Source of the DNA: Guillardia theta CCMP2712
Lineage: Eukaryota; Protista; Cryptophyta
DNA: 64,000 bases
Assembly (NCBI RefSeq): GCF_000315625.1
Contig: NW_005434628.1
Location: forward strand, 305,109-369,108
Direction of reading: 5' to 3'
Below, one piece after another: positions 34,643 through 48,900 of the stretch (its first letter is position 1; every line of letters starts with the position of its first letter). The notes under the pieces are model-generated. The model saw only the letters and a list, made by a program, of their open reading frames with translations, was not told the DNA's origin and made no database searches. Both the position numbers and the translations under genes were made by a program.

Positions 34643-37600
34643 TCAGTGGCCGTTGAGGTCCTCCATCTTGATAGCCTCGTCTTCATCTGACGTAGCCGAG
34701 TCGTCAACTGCCTCCTCCTCCTCCTCCTCCTCCCCTGCCCTCCCGCTCACTCGCTCCTCCTCCCCTCCCCTCACTTTCCTCCTCCCGCTCATTCGCTCCT
34801 CTTCCTCGCTCTCCTCGTCAGATGACCCTTGACTTTCTTCGTATCCCCTGCTGCCTCCTCTCCCTGACGCTCTCGACTCGCCCTGGCTCCTGTGAAGGGG
34901 ACGCGAGCTCGTTCCGCTCTTCGTTGCAAGCATCCTCGAGCCCTCCATCCGGCTGGAGCTCAGCAGCATGGCACGAGCAACGCCGCTGGCCGTCTTGTTC
35001 ACGAGCGACTTGGTGTGCTTGCTGAGAGTCGCCTGCTGCTGCCAGCAGTCGAAGAGGACGGAGGCGAGCCAGCGGGTCAGACAGGAGCCATCGGCCACTG
35101 GCAACCAGGCGCGGACAAGGATCGTGCCATTGCCATCGGCAAGAAGAGACCTGGGAGGTCGTCTGTGCACGACTGACGCGATCCTGCTCGAAACGACCTT
35201 GAGATGTCTCGAGGACGAAACGAACGAAGCCAGACAACCCCAGCTGGACCGGAGCAGACTCTTTGCCGTCCTGGTCTTGACCTGTACAAAAAGGCGATGG
35301 CGAGCTGATCCGGCTCGAGCACAGGCAGCCCAGCAGGCAAAGGAGATTCCTTGCTCCCTCCTGGAGGCGAATGAGCTTGACTTGAGGATATCCGTGCGCT
35401 TCTGCAATAAAATGAGTCATGTTGCCCCCCCGCAGCCTCGTCCTCCTTCCTCCCCGGCCTATTCTCTTTGATGTGCTTACTTTGGCTGCCCAGCTCAAAC
35501 CCGATATCCAACAAGAGAAGGCTTGTAGCAGCAAGATGTGTTGACGGTTTTTGTGGACCTTTTCAATGTTGTTTCTGACATGCTTTTGTCGGCCTGAAAG
35601 ATACATCAGGGCAGAAAGAAAGCAATCAGCAGTCACGTCGAATCAGCTGCCACGCCTCAAAGATCTCGCCGGCGCTGACAAGCTTCGTTTTTGTCATCCA
35701 GGTGTCAAGAGCCCTCACGACCTTGCGATGGTTCATGTGCTGGTCCCTCCACGCCTCCCACGCGCAAGCCGCAAAGAGCATCGCCATGCGCGTGTATGCC
35801 TGCGCAGGCACAGGTGAGAGAGAGGAGGGAGGAGGGAGGAGGGAGGAGGGAGGCAAGCAGACGAACCCTGCGCACTATCTGACGATTTCTCCTCATGGCG
35901 GTCGCAGTATCGAGCCATCGAGAGAAGGATGTAGAGAGGAGGGAGCTTTGAGCAGCGTCAGCGAGGGGCACACAACGACTGGCGATGACCTCGACAGCTT
36001 GACGCTTATCCTCGTTGCACTGATACGAAGTCTGCGAGTCTCTACGACCATGCAGCAAAACGAGATCCAGCTTTTCGTCTTCCTCTTCAACTCTTGATCA
36101 ATCTGCAATCAGAGTAAGCAGAGAGAAGAGCGGAATAGAATGGACACTGCTTACTATGATTCTGCGATGAACAACTTTGACACTCCACTCCAAGAAGAAT
36201 TTCCGTATCTGTGTCTGCTGGACTTGATGCAGGATTTTGAGGGCCTCAGTGTTTGTTTCAATGCTCTCACGCCAGATCATCAGATGGAATCTTGTTCGTA
36301 AAGATCTTGTCCTAGAGATAACTTCAACAGGAACTTCGCAGGGTATCTGGAGAGAATCTCACGAGAGAAGTAGTTTGATGTAACATCTCCTCGTCCTCAT
36401 ATTGTTCTTCATGCCGAAGAACCAATCCATCAGCTTCGTTTTCAGAACTCCTCGCTTTATCTTCTCTTGCATTGAGAAACACTTCCTGGAATGAAGGCTT
36501 TAAAAGAGCGAATTTCAAAGTGTAATCGAACCTTCTCTTCAATTCCTGGTTCCTCACAAAATTTCTCCATTCTCCCCATGCTGTACCAAGTGCTGCGCTT
36601 GCTTTCCTTTGCTACTTGTCAGATTCACTATGCCAAACAAGCTTTTGCTGTACTCTAAGTGTCTTTGTGCAAGGTCTTGATAGCAATTCCGCTTCTTACT
36701 GACAATCCCCTTCCAATGATTGAAAGAAACGTACTGACAAGACAGGTCAGAGGAACGACGAATCATTGAAGGCTTCTCACGATCAAACGTTTCAATAACG
36801 CTCCTAAATTTGTCCGTGACCTTTCAGAGAAAACAGTGACATCACTGCAGAAATTCGTTACAAGCGTCATCCTTGTACAGTGAGGAACCTGATAGCGTCA
36901 AAGAAAGTCTTCAAGCATCTCCTCCGGATGACCAGGCTGTCTCTGACGTGTCATACTTATAGCACACAGCTGAGAGACGACTGGCCTGATCTTGAGCATC
37001 TTTTGTCTTCTTCGATCACATTCCGCCGCCCAATCGGACCATCGCACCCACTGGCTCGCTCTTCAAACAACAAGGAATCCCTCTCTTTCTTCTGACCAGC
37101 TTGCGAAGGCGTTGGCTGGCCTTCATTTCGTCCTTGCAGAACACTGCCCGAGAGATTCTATCTCTTGCCTTGCAGCTAGTACAGAACTCATTCCATCTCT
37201 CCCACTTCCTGCAGCCTCAGGTCAAGAATTCTCGTGATCTACTTTCAAGGAGAAAACCTTCGGAGACGGTACAGCGAGAACTTTAGCAGAGCAGTGCTCT
37301 CAAAGTTTGCCCATGTCCTTCGATCATGATGACTAGTGAGCCTGCCACATTTCAAACTCATCCATGGAAGGTTGAAACTGATTCTCCTTTCTCCAAATCG
37401 TTATCTTACCATCTCATCAAGAAAGTAACCAGGGAACGTCTGTCACATCGAGTCCTTACAAGCATTTCAAACCTGCACAACAAGAAGATTTTGAGATAAG
37501 ACGAGCCATCAGCCAAACAATCAACCTTCTCATCTTCTTCCTCGTCCTGACATTTTCAGCAAGCTGTCCGAAGGAAACAGATAAGCGATCGAGGCGATCT

Positions 37601-38989
37601 TTTGACTGGAAGAAGTTTCCCAGCAATATCATTGCTCTTTCTTTCAACCTGCAAGATACTGAGACAAAAAAGTATGTATCGTCCTTACGTTCTTTCTTTG
37701 CTGTAGACTGCTATTTCCTTCCACAAGACAAAATTTTGCCGAACCCTACCAAGATTGCTTCGCATCGCATTCACAGACCTTTAATCAAATAGACGTCAAA
37801 CTTTCCGATTTTTCGGCCGATCAGCTTGAAAATACATCTTGTATCGACAAACCCGCATGGAAGTTGCGAACTCTTTCATCCTGAGAAGACAGTTTGCTCG
37901 TATGTTGTTCTTTGACCTGGTCCATGTTGTCATTTTACAGCACCTCGACCATCGCACGCCATCACCTTCTGTACAACAAAGCACAACCTGCAACGCACCA
38001 AATGCGCCAGACGGGAGCAACTGCATCCTAGACGAGCACCGTGAGAGCACGGCAGGCATGAAGACGAGGAAGCGAGCGAGGGAGAGGGCGGGACACGTGA
38101 AGGAGCGCAGGAACGGCATGGTAGGAGGAGGAGGAGCAGCACAGAGCAAGCACGACGAACCTCAAACTTGCACTCCTTAGAGATCGAGAGTTTTCTAAGT
38201 GCAGCTGGGATGCAGCCGCGCAGGACCCTCGTGAGAAGTCAGGAACTTAACCTGCTCAGCAGCTGGCAATACCTCCAGCTCGAGATCCTCCACCGCCAGC
38301 ACTGGAAGGTTTGCTGCAAGTAGGATCGGCGATGGACGAGGGACAACCAGGCAAGTCTCTCCACCTTGGGCATGCAGCACCACCAGCTTGTCAGTACCCC
38401 TCCATCTCCCTCCATGTACCCTCACCGCATCCTTTCTGACGTGCAGAAACTGAGCTAACGTCATCGTCGGACGCTGGCAGGGACCCGCCCAGAGGTTCCC
38501 GTCCTTGACCTTCCTCAGCGTCGCCTTCCTCCATGTCCCCATTGCTGTCATCGTTGCGCTCGCCTTCGCTACTTCCCTCAGGTTGGCCCAGGCCAGACGC
38601 AGCCATGCGCGAAGCGCTCTTGACATCAAGGTCTTGCGAGCATGAGCTGTTGCAGCTCGCACAAGGGACGGAGGCAGGAGGGTGGGAGCATAGATGGTGG
38701 AGATGGAGCCCTGCAGCAGAGAGTCGTCTGTATCCTCTCTCGCCTCAGGCTCTGACAGAACCAGCGAGCGGCTGTGTAGGAGAGCCTGGGCTCTGCTGAT
38801 GGTGTCGCTTTGGTAGCTGTCGTCGACCAAGAGGGTCTTGATGACGTCCTGGACGCGAGACTTGGACATTCGCTCTGTTGGTTCAACTCCTCTGTCCGGT
38901 GATCCGCGTCTTTGCTTATCTGTTGAGGACTCGGGAAGCCTCCTCGGCCGATCGAGGAGTCTCGACATGGGAGGATCTTGAGAGTCCAA
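34643..38989 (-). CDS. Sfi1-like (centrin-binding repeat) protein, multi-exon
   Basis: Many AxxxxxxxLLxxxFxxW-type repeats (ARKTLMSRALRAW, LFAACAWEAW, AGEIFEAW, LLLQAFSCW, IRKFFLEW, LASVLFDCW); acidic C-terminal tail. Confidence 0.7.
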
Positions 38990-39144
38990 GGATGATGTTG
39001 TGTCTTATAGCAACTGGAGAGATTGACGATGATGTCGACGAGTCAACAACAACTGCTCTTCATCGCATCGCATCTTCGCTGGCTTCATCTACTTTCCTTC
39101 CATCTTTCACCGCCCCTCCTTCGCCACGCCATTGAGTGGGTCAA

Positions 39145-39310
39145 ATATTTGAAACCTGTACCCCTGCTCGAAGTACCCCTACCCCCCAAATGACGCCTCT
39201 TAGTGAATTTGTTCCGCTTACACCCTGTCAATTTCCTTCTAAAGTACCCCTACGAAGCAGTCCCTGATGATAGGACCGACATTCTCCCCACAGTACCCCC
39301 TTTTACGGGC
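39145..39310. promoter_or_regulatory. GTACCCC-rich patch upstream of the Sfi1-like gene
   Basis: Four gtacccc words (tgtacccc, aagtacccctaccccc, aaagtacccc, cagtaccccc). Confidence 0.4.
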
Positions 39311-39400
39311 GGTTCTCAACGGATAGGCTTCGACGCGCGGGAATATGCGAGCCAGAGAACAAGGGACGAGGTAGATGAAGATGAAGAAGGGGAAGAGGAG

Positions 39401-39808
39401 AGGAGGAGGAGGAGGAGGAGGAGGAGGAGGAGGAGGAGGAGGAGGAGGAGGAGGAGGAGGAGGAGGAGGAGGAGGANNNNNNNNNNNNNNNNNNNNNNNN
39501 NNNNNNNNNNNNNNNNNNNNNNNNNNNNNNNNNNNNNNNNNNNNNNNNNNNNNNNNNNNNNNNNNNNNNNNNNNNNTGCTGTTGCACTTCTTTGTTTTTG
39601 ATTTCTCCGATCTCCGCGTACTCTCCGCAGCAGTCTGCCGTCCTTTCTTTCCCCACAGCCTCCCCCCTATCGGGAGGCGGGGGGGGGGTTATAATCATCT
39701 GTCATTCCATAGCAATCGTAGGAGGAGGAGGAGGAGGAGGAGGAGGAGGAGGAGGAGGAGGAGGAGGAGGAGGAGGAGGAGGAGGAGGAGGAGGAGGAGG
39801 AGGAGGAT
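39401..39808. repeat. Two (GGA)n microsatellites around a 100-N assembly gap
   Basis: (gga)n 39401-39476, N run 39477-39575, (gga)n 39720-39808. Confidence 0.98.
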
Positions 39809-39932
39809 AAAAGTCCCTCGGTCGCTTGCTTGTTCACAATTTATGTACATTACAACTTTCATCTACAGACATAAAGATTGATATTACAAAACCTACAACC
39901 AGCTCTCGCTTAATCAGCTGCAATGATGTCAA

Positions 39933-42900
39933 TCACAAGCACGAAGAGCAAGCACACAGCTCACTGTATTGACAGTTCCATGCGAAGAACTCCATCACCT
40001 GGATGCAAACATTCTCAGCCCCGCCTGCTCCTCCCACCTCTCACTCACCGCGTCCATCCCCTTGGCTGTGAAGCCCTCAGGAAGGAGATTTCCTGCATGG
40101 CAGTGAGTGTCGGCGGTCGAGGGGGGTTGGAGGAGAGGCACCAGGATTGTCTTCGAGCCGAAGTTGCTCGATGCTCGTCAGATTGCCGAGCTCCAGTGGA
40201 ATGGACATCAGCTGTAGGAGGTCAGAGAGTGAAAGGGGGAGGGCGGGGGTGAGCGTTGAGAGAGGCAGAGCAGAAGGTCAACGTTGCGAGGAAGGAGCAT
40301 ACCAGGGATGAGAGGAACAAACAGAGCAGGGCGGAGAGGAGCAGGGAGGAGAGAAGCAGGGAGGACAGGAGAGGAGACGAAAGGAAAGGAGGGGCCAGAA
40401 GAATGTCCAATACCAGACAAGATGCTGAAGCAGGATGGCAAGTACCTGATTATTCTCGAAGGAAACTTCTCGAAGTCCGGTCAACTGTCCGATCAAAGTC
40501 GGGATTGATCGAATCTTGTTGTGAGAGAGGGCGAGCTATCAAGCACGAGTAGTAGTCAGCGAAAAAAAGAGTCGATTTCTTGTCGTTGTCGTCATCATCA
40601 TTATCATCCTCCTCATCCTCAACCTCATCCTCAACCTCCTCCTCCTCCTCCTCCTCATCATTGTCATGATCCATCACCTGCTGCAAGTTGGTCAGGCGGA
40701 AGAACTCGTTGGGAAGATGCTCGATCAAGTTGTGACGGAGCATCAGGGAGCTGAGGCCCAGGATCTTTCCAATCTGCGAGAATCTCAGCATAGAGTCAGG
40801 AGCGCACCATTGTTGCCTGTGGAGAAATCTCCGCAATCTGGTTGAAGGAACAATCCAGCATCATCTAGAGCGAGCCAGCAGAGGTCAGAGGCCGATGAGT
40901 TTAGGAGCAGCCGCACCAAAGAGCGGAGGTTTTCGACGTCTTCGGGGATGGAGGACAAGCAGTTATGCTGCATCCGTAGGATCCTGAGGTTCGTCATGGA
41001 AGAGATCTTCACGAAGATTTCATCCTCAAGGCTGGAAAATCGTCAGGGGGAGGAGGAAACGAGTCAGCAGAGAGGCGACCGATTGTGCGAGAGGTCCATG
41101 TTGGTCAAGGTAGCGCTTGCTAGCTCAGGCAAAGATTGCAAAGAATTGTTCTTCATCAGAAGGTTTTGGATCCCAGCAATCCCGATCGTCTTTCCTCCCT
41201 TGAAGGACGACGTCGAGCGCGACGTCCTGGCTGAAGACGAAGGAGTATCTGCTATCAGGGAGACATAGCCGATCTGATTGTTGTCGACGCATAGGTATCT
41301 CAGACTCTCCTTGGAGAGGAGGGAGGATGGGAGCTGGGAGAACTGAGGAGGGCAGCAAGTCAGCCGCCAGCAGCTCAGCTCAGAGGGCTCACGTTGTTGC
41401 TTCTAAGGTCGATATGTCGAAGATGAACGAGTTTAGAGAGGGAGGGAGGGACGTCGTCTATCTTGTTGAACCGAAAGTCTAGCATCGTCAGCATGGTGAA
41501 CGTCAGGATCTGACAGAAGGAGTCAGTGTGCAGCGATGAGCTCCATGCAAGACGGCAACTGCGACCAGGAAGAAAAGGTAGGAGGAGGAGGAGGGGGAGG
41601 AAGGAAAAATACCTCGTCTGAGATCCTGGTGAGAGCGTTGCTAGCTAGGTTGATGGAGAGGAGGTAGTTCAGATGGTGAAAGCTGATGTTGGATTCGCTG
41701 AGCTCCATTCCTGACAAGTCCAGGTGCATCGACGACCTTGCATCTCCAATCCGACGAAGATACTGCAGGGCATGTCATTGCTATGGAGGGCCAGTATAAT
41801 CCCATCAACCCCCCCCCCCCCCTCCTCCACCCCCCCCCCCCCCTCCTCCCACCCCCTCCTCCACCTCCTCCACCTCCTCCTCCTCCTCCTCCTCCTCCTC
41901 ATTTTCCTCCTCCTCCTCCTCATTTTCCTCCTCCTCCTTATTTTCCTCCTCCTCCTCATCGCCACCGCCATTATGATCATCATCAGGAGCAGCAGGAGCA
42001 GGAGCAGGAGCAGGAGCAGCAGCAGCAGCAGCAGCAGCAGCATCGCTGTGTCGATCATCGCAAACAGAAACTTGACATCCATATCTTCGTTTGCCTCACC
42101 ATCTGAATGATCGGAATCCCTTCGTCCATGATGTGTTTAGGAGGGTCGATCAGCCCGTCGTCCACGTGCAGCCTTTGCAAGCAGCTCAAAGTGCCGACGA
42201 ATGTAGGAAGGTACTTGAGCTTGTTCCCGATCAGAGTCAACTCGTTGATGGGAGCGGCCGTGGACTGCTTCTTCCCCTGCTCGCTGGTTGTCAGTACGCC
42301 CCTCACCATCTTCCCTTCCTCTCACATTGACTGGCTTCACCTCCTCAGCCTCATCGGAGCCTGAAGCTGCAGTCAAAGACGAGGAGGAGGGAGCGAACAA
42401 GAGAGGGAGGGAGAAGTTACCAACGATCCCCAGCAGGTCCGTCGGGAGGTCCTGCGAGAAAAGGATGAGATGGGATGGATGTCGAGCTGAGAACAGCAGG
42501 ACCTCGAGCTCAAGGTCGCGGAGGTCGATGTGGCCAGTGATTTTAACGTCGTACATCCTCTTTAGGTACTGGAAGACCTGGAGGGAAAGTGTGAAGAGTG
42601 GGAAGGAGGGAGATTGCTTTCAGAGACAGAGACAAGAAGGAAGATGGCTATCAGAGACAGATTGAAGACACGGTTGCTAACAGAGATGGACATAAAAGAA
42701 AATGGCTATCAGAAAGAAAGACATGACAAGAGATTGCTATGAGAGAGCAAGAGATGAAAGGAAATTGGTACGAAGGATCTTTGTTTCTCTTTTCGGAGAC
42801 GAAGGCAAGGAGGGCAAGGATACAATCCGATGATGTTGCAATAAACAAGACATGAACTCCCTTCCGATCATCATCACCGCTACAAGGCCCTGCCGCACGA

Positions 42901-45900
42901 CGAGGTCCGGGGGGTCGAGGATCGGGTTGTCATCGAAGTTGAAGTTGACGAGCAAAGAGATCCTGCTGAGGCTGGGAGGAAGCATCTTGATCTTGTTGTT
43001 GGACAAGGACAAGAACGTCAGGTTGGTGAGTCGATGGAAAGGTTTGGGTATCTCCACAACCTGCCAAAGAGAAGAAGATGAGCTAAAGGATATGGAGTGC
43101 TTGACTTGAAACTTCAAACAGCACCTGGTTGTTCGCCAGGTTCAACGTGTGGAGGCCAGTGCACAAGCTAATGCTTGAGGGGAGGATGCTGATCTCGTTG
43201 CGTTGGAAGTATGCTTCCTGCAAGCTCTTCATGCGGTTTATCTGGTTGGGGAGGAACTTTATCTTGTTGAGACTGAGGTCCAAGTACGTCAACGATGACA
43301 AGCTCGGGAAGGTGGGAGGGAGCAGCTGGAGTTGGTTGTCCTCCAGGCACAGCTTCTCAAGGTTGGTCAAGTCGCCGATGGAGTTGGGAAGGGACTCTAG
43401 TGAGTTCTTGTCCAGCAGAAGAGACACGACGCTCGTAAGGGTGCCGACCACAGCAGGGAGCTGCATCAAACGATTCTCCCCGAGGTCAAGATGGCGGAGT
43501 TGCTCGAGCTGGGCGATCTCCCAGGGGAGAGTTCTCAGCTTGTTGTGCCTCATTCTGAGCGTCTGCAGGACCTTCAGCTGGGAAATCTCGGGGCTCAAGA
43601 GCTCGATGACGTTGTTGTCGAGCTTGAGGGCCTGCATCCTAGTGCCGAGGGCGATATCGTTGGTAACGGCGCTGAGCTGCCAGGAGGAGAGGTCGAGGTC
43701 CCCAGTATGATGCGCGTCAAATACCCTCCTCATGTACTCGAAGATCTCTGCCGTCGGCCGCTTCATGACGTCCTCGTGCGGGCTCCTCCACAGGTTGTTG
43801 GCCGTCACGACGCTGGTCAGGCTGGTGATGAAGGCAAACTCAAGGTAAAAGACCGTGAGCTTGTTGTTGGCGAGGTTGAGGGCAGCGAGGTTGGTGAGGA
43901 GGAGGAAGTCGACAGGGATGAAGGTGATGTTGTTGTGGGAGATGTCCAGCTCCCTCACCAGCAAGAGACTTGAGAAGGAGAAGTTGTACGCCTGTACTGG
44001 GGCGCCGATAGCCCGCAAACTTGCAAACTCCTTGGAAGTGAAAAGATGCTCGTCGGTCCCCTGGTAGTCCAGAACCTCCAGCAGGTTGTTTGCCAAGCTC
44101 AAGGACGTCAAGTTGGTCAGCTGCACGAGAGTGAAGGGGACGGTCTCAAGGCCGAGCTTTGACAAGTTCAGCCGCCTGCTGCTCGTTGCCTCGTTGCGCC
44201 TGTCCAGATACTCCATGATATGTCGGAATCCCATCCTTGCGATGTCAGCGGGAGGATCCGCGATCTTGTTCCCGTCGAACTCGATCTCCTCCAGGGTAGA
44301 GATGGCAACGACTTGCGGAGAGATACTGGTCAGCCGGTTGTTCTTCATCCGCAGCAATCGAAGCTGAGTCAGGCAGTAGATGGAGTCCGGGAGATGATCG
44401 AAGCGGTTATTGGAGATGTCAATCCTTGTCAAGCACGACAGCTTGTCAAACTCCATCGACAGCGTGTCCAGGAAGTTCCAGCTCAGGTCCAGGTGAGCGA
44501 GAAAGACGAAATCTGTCAGACCCGCCGGGACAGAGGTCAGTTTGTTGCTGCTGATGTCCAGCTCCACTAGGGTCGTGAGGTCGTCGATGGCATCGTGCAA
44601 GTGACTGAGCTGGTTGTCTCTGAGGTACAACTGCTGCAGGCTGGACAGCCTGGCCATGCCCTTGGGGAGAAAGGCAATCTTGTTGAAGCTCATGTCGAGA
44701 GTCCGCAGCTGCTCCAGGCTCTCGATGGCCTGCGGGATGATGGCAATCTGGTTGTTGGACATGCTGAGAGTGCGCAGGGAGGTCAGGTAGAAGACAGCAG
44801 CAGGCATCTGCTTGAAGAGGTTGTGGTTCAGCTCGAGCCTGCTCAGGTTCACCAGCTCCATCGCCTGCTCGGGCAGGTCTTGCATCAGGTTGCGGTTGCA
44901 ACAGAGCACCTCCAGGCTATCCAGCAGGTCCGATAGTGTGAGGTCAAGGTGGACGATCGACCAGTCGTTTAGCTCCAGCTCTCCTCGTCTGTTGCTCATC
45001 TTCTGCCCCTGGAAGCTGTACCCCTCCGGCAGCCTCCCCCTCGCTGCCAGCAGGAGGGCAAGGAAGTTCATAACGGCGGTGAGTCCGCGGGGAACGATCT
45101 CCTGCGGCGGCATTCGCGAGTCGTTGCCGTGGGCCTGGAGGACCTGGAGGCTTGTCATGAGGGCGATGGAGGTCGGGAGGATGTGGATGAGGTTGTCCAC
45201 GAAACAGAGCTCCTGGAGGGAGGGGAGGGAGCATAGCTCTAGAGGGATCTCGTGCAGGTTGTTCTTGTTGATCCGGAAGACGCGGAGGTCGCGGAACTCT
45301 GAGATGCTCGGAGGAATCTCGTAGATCCTGTTGGATGACAGGTCAAGGAGCTGGAGGAGGGAGAAGTGGAAGAGAGGAGGAGGAATCGCCTGCAGCTGGT
45401 TCCCCACAAGGGAGAGCCTGGTGAGGAAGGTGAGGACCGTCATGGGGGGAGGGACGTGACTGAGGTTCATCTCATGAAGGAAGAGCTCCTTCGTTGCATG
45501 CGACCGCGACATGTTCTGCATGTACTCCCTCAGCTTGCTGCCCGACACGACCGCAACTTCCTCCGGGGGATCGACGAGCGGGTTGTGGGCCGCGTGCACA
45601 GTGTCGATGTAGGGGATGAGGCCTAGGTCAGGGGTGAGATGCTCGACGAGGTTCTCAGACACGTTGAGGGAGCGGAGGGACGTCAGCCTGCTGCAGTTGT
45701 CCGGCAAGGACTTGATCTTGTTCTCCTGTACGTTGAGGGTCTGGAGGCTCACGAGGCTGGAGAGAGAGGCAGGGAGCCCTTGGAGTTTGTTGGAGCTCAG
45801 GTTGCAGGAGACGAGGCCAGTTAACAGCCCGAACTGATCCGGGATGCTCGTCAGCTCGTTGTGACTGAGGCTCAAGGTCTGGAGGTCGTACAGGAGGCAG

Positions 45901-48900
45901 AGAGAGTCGGGGAGCGATGAGATCTGGTTGTCGTCAAGGTTGAAGAGCTGGAGGGTCGTTAGGCTGGAGACGTTGTCCGGCAGTCGGGAGATCCTGTTGT
46001 TGTTGGCCAAGAGCTTCCTGAGGCTCTTCATGCCGTCGAAGAGACTTGGAGGCAGGGAGGTCAGACGGTTGTTGGAAACTTCGACCACAAGGATCTCGGC
46101 GAAGTTGTCAAGAACTTCGCACGTGTAGGACTCAAGGTTCCAGTTGCTCAGAGTCAGAGTCTGGGAGGTCTTGGAAGACCATAGCGTCCTGAGGTAAGGG
46201 AGGATGGTGCCGGTCCCCTCTGCTATGATCTCGGGAGGAGGAGACGAAAGGAGCTCGCAGTGCGTGAGGTCTAGCAGCCTTAGTGACTTGGAGAACAGTC
46301 CGAACTCCGGAGGGACGGATCTCATTCGGTTGCGGGAGAGGTTCAGAGTCTTGAGCTTCGTCATCTGCCACATGACTGAAGTGATGATGACAACCTGGTT
46401 GTCCTCGAAGCTGAGGTGCTTCAGGAGGAGGAGATCGCCGATGCGGATGGGGATGGTGCGGATCCTGTTCTTGGCGAGGGAGAGGGAGGTGAGGGAGGTG
46501 TAGAAGAAGAGTTCGTCGGGAACTTCGATCAGCATGCAGCCTTCCAGGTCGATCTTGCAGATCTTCAGCCCGTCCTCGATGCATCTCAAGTACTTCAAGA
46601 TCACCCCGGGGCCCTCGCCATGGATCTCATGGGGAGGACTGGTCAAGTCGGCACATTGAACCACCAGGTCGCGCAGGTTGGTCAGATGGCAGAGGGAACG
46701 AGGGAGCGAAGTCAGGGGGTTGCGATCGACGTGCAAGCACTCCAGGGCCGTAAGCTGACCCAGCTCCTGGGGAATTGAGCTGATCTTGTTGCCCGAGACG
46801 TCCAGGTGGGTGAGGAGGGAGAGGGGGAGGAGGGAAGTGATGTCAACCTCCTCGATCAGGTTGTCCTTGAGGGAGAGGAAGGTAAGGCTCGTCAGCTCCA
46901 GCAGCCCAGCAGGCATTCTTCTGTGCTTTAGGCTGGCCAGGTCGAGCTTTGCCGTCGAGCGAGCAGTTGACAAGCTCCTGAGGTATCGCAAGATCGTTGC
47001 CACGTCTCTGCCCTCAGTGACGTCGATGGGAGGAGAGACCACTGCCTCCTTGTCAAAGTCCAGCCTCTCCAACGTCGTGCACCATCCCAGCTCGAACGGG
47101 AGGGCCTTGAGCTGGTTGTTGGTCACCGACAGGATCCTGAGCCTCCTCAGCGAGCTGACGGAGGACGGCAGGGAGGTCAGTCGGTTGTTGTCCAGAAGGA
47201 CCTCCAGCAGGTTGTAGTTCCTTCCAAGGATGTCAGAGACGCTGGTGAGATTCATGCCTTGCAGGTTGAGCAAGTTGGAGGAGGAGGAGTCGCGGAGCCT
47301 CCGCAGGTACATGCAGATGAAGTTGGCGCCTTTCCTCCGGATCTCCGGTGGAGGGTCGCGCACGGGGTTGCCCGATAGGTCGAGCTCGGAAAGGTTGGAG
47401 AGGAGGCCCCACTCGAAGGGGATGGAAACGATCTTGTTCCTGGCCAGGTTGACCCTGGAAAGGCTGATGACGTGGCCGATCTCAGGGGCAAGAGCCTCGA
47501 GCTGGTTGCCTGCAAGGTCCAGGTGGTGGAGGGCCTTGAAGTTGCCAAAGTCTGACGGGATGTCAGAGATGTTGTTGTCTGCCAGGCTGAGGTGTGTGAG
47601 GGTCTCGATGTAGGAGAAGGAGGCGGGGAGGGAGTCCAGGAGGTTCCCGTCGGCAATGAACTCCCGTAGCTCCCGCAGGTTGCCGACGAGGACGGGGATG
47701 TGGAGGAGGCGGTTGGAGCTGACGTTGATGTGGACGAGGTTGAGGAAGGTGAAGGTTTCAGGGACGAGCTCGGAGACCAGATTGTTCGAGATGTCCAGCT
47801 GAGTCAGGGAGAAGTTTGCAGCGTGATGAATGGCGAAGGTCTGCATGCCGCAGGACGACAGGTCGAGCCTCTTGGAGGTGAGAGCGTCGAGCAGGGCCGA
47901 GAGGTACTCTTTCACTGGCGCGATCCCCTTGCTGCAAATTTCCATCCCAGGAGACAGCAGCTCGTTCCCCTCGAAGGTGAAGTCTGTCCAGCTGGGCAGG
48001 AAGCTGAGCTGGGGAGGGAGGGATCGAAGGGAGGGGTTATGATCGAGGAGGAGGGAGGATAAGGTGCTGATCCGTCCTAGCGTGACGGGCAAGCTCTCGA
48101 GTCTGTTCCTCTTGGCAGAAAGGAGCTCGAGCCTTGTGAGGTCGCAGACTTCCAGCGGGATCGAAGTGCAGAAGTTGTCGTCAATGATGAGCTGACGAAG
48201 GTTGTAGAGGAGGAAGATGGAGGAATGGAGGACCTGGAGGTCCTGTCTGCTAAGATCCAGGACGTTGGTCTCCTCGGCGGCTAGCAGGTTGTGCAGGTAT
48301 GACAGGATAGCATCCGTACCCTTGTCGATCACCTCGCGGGGAGGGGACTGCACAGGGTTGCCCTTGAAGCTCAACTTGGTCAAAGATGAGAGGCGGGCCA
48401 TACCCGCTGCGAGAATCTGGATCCTGTTCTCGTCGACGTTGAGGGTCCGAAGGTTGGTGAGGACGAAGATGGAGGGAGGGACTTGCTCTAGCCTGTTCCC
48501 ACTGAGGTTGAGGGTAGTCACTGACTGGTACTCCTGGGCGTTGATGAAGATTCTCTCCATTCCCATCCACCCGAGGTCGAGGACTTTGGAATGTTTCCCC
48601 TCCCACATCCTCATCAGGAAGGCAGAGATGGCAGGCAGGCCCTGGGCTCGGATCTCGGGCGGGGGGGAGAAGAGCTGGTCGTTTCCGTCCATCAGGAGCA
48701 GTTTGAGCTTTGGGAGAAGAGCAACTTCGGGGAGGACGTTGAGCAGAGGGTTCTTGCCAACGTTGAGCTCCTCCAGCTGCTTCAGCGCCGCGATGCCAAG
48801 AGGAAGAGTCTCGAACTTGTTGTGCCCCATGCGCAGTTTTTTGAGTTCAACCAGCTCAGTGATGCTGCTGGGCAGATTTGACAGCCTGTTGCGAGACACG

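Noticed and set aside
39203-39881. Poly-R/G/S ORFs (also 41669-42110, 62476-62956, 63115-63654)
   Set aside because: Translations of microsatellites and an N gap.
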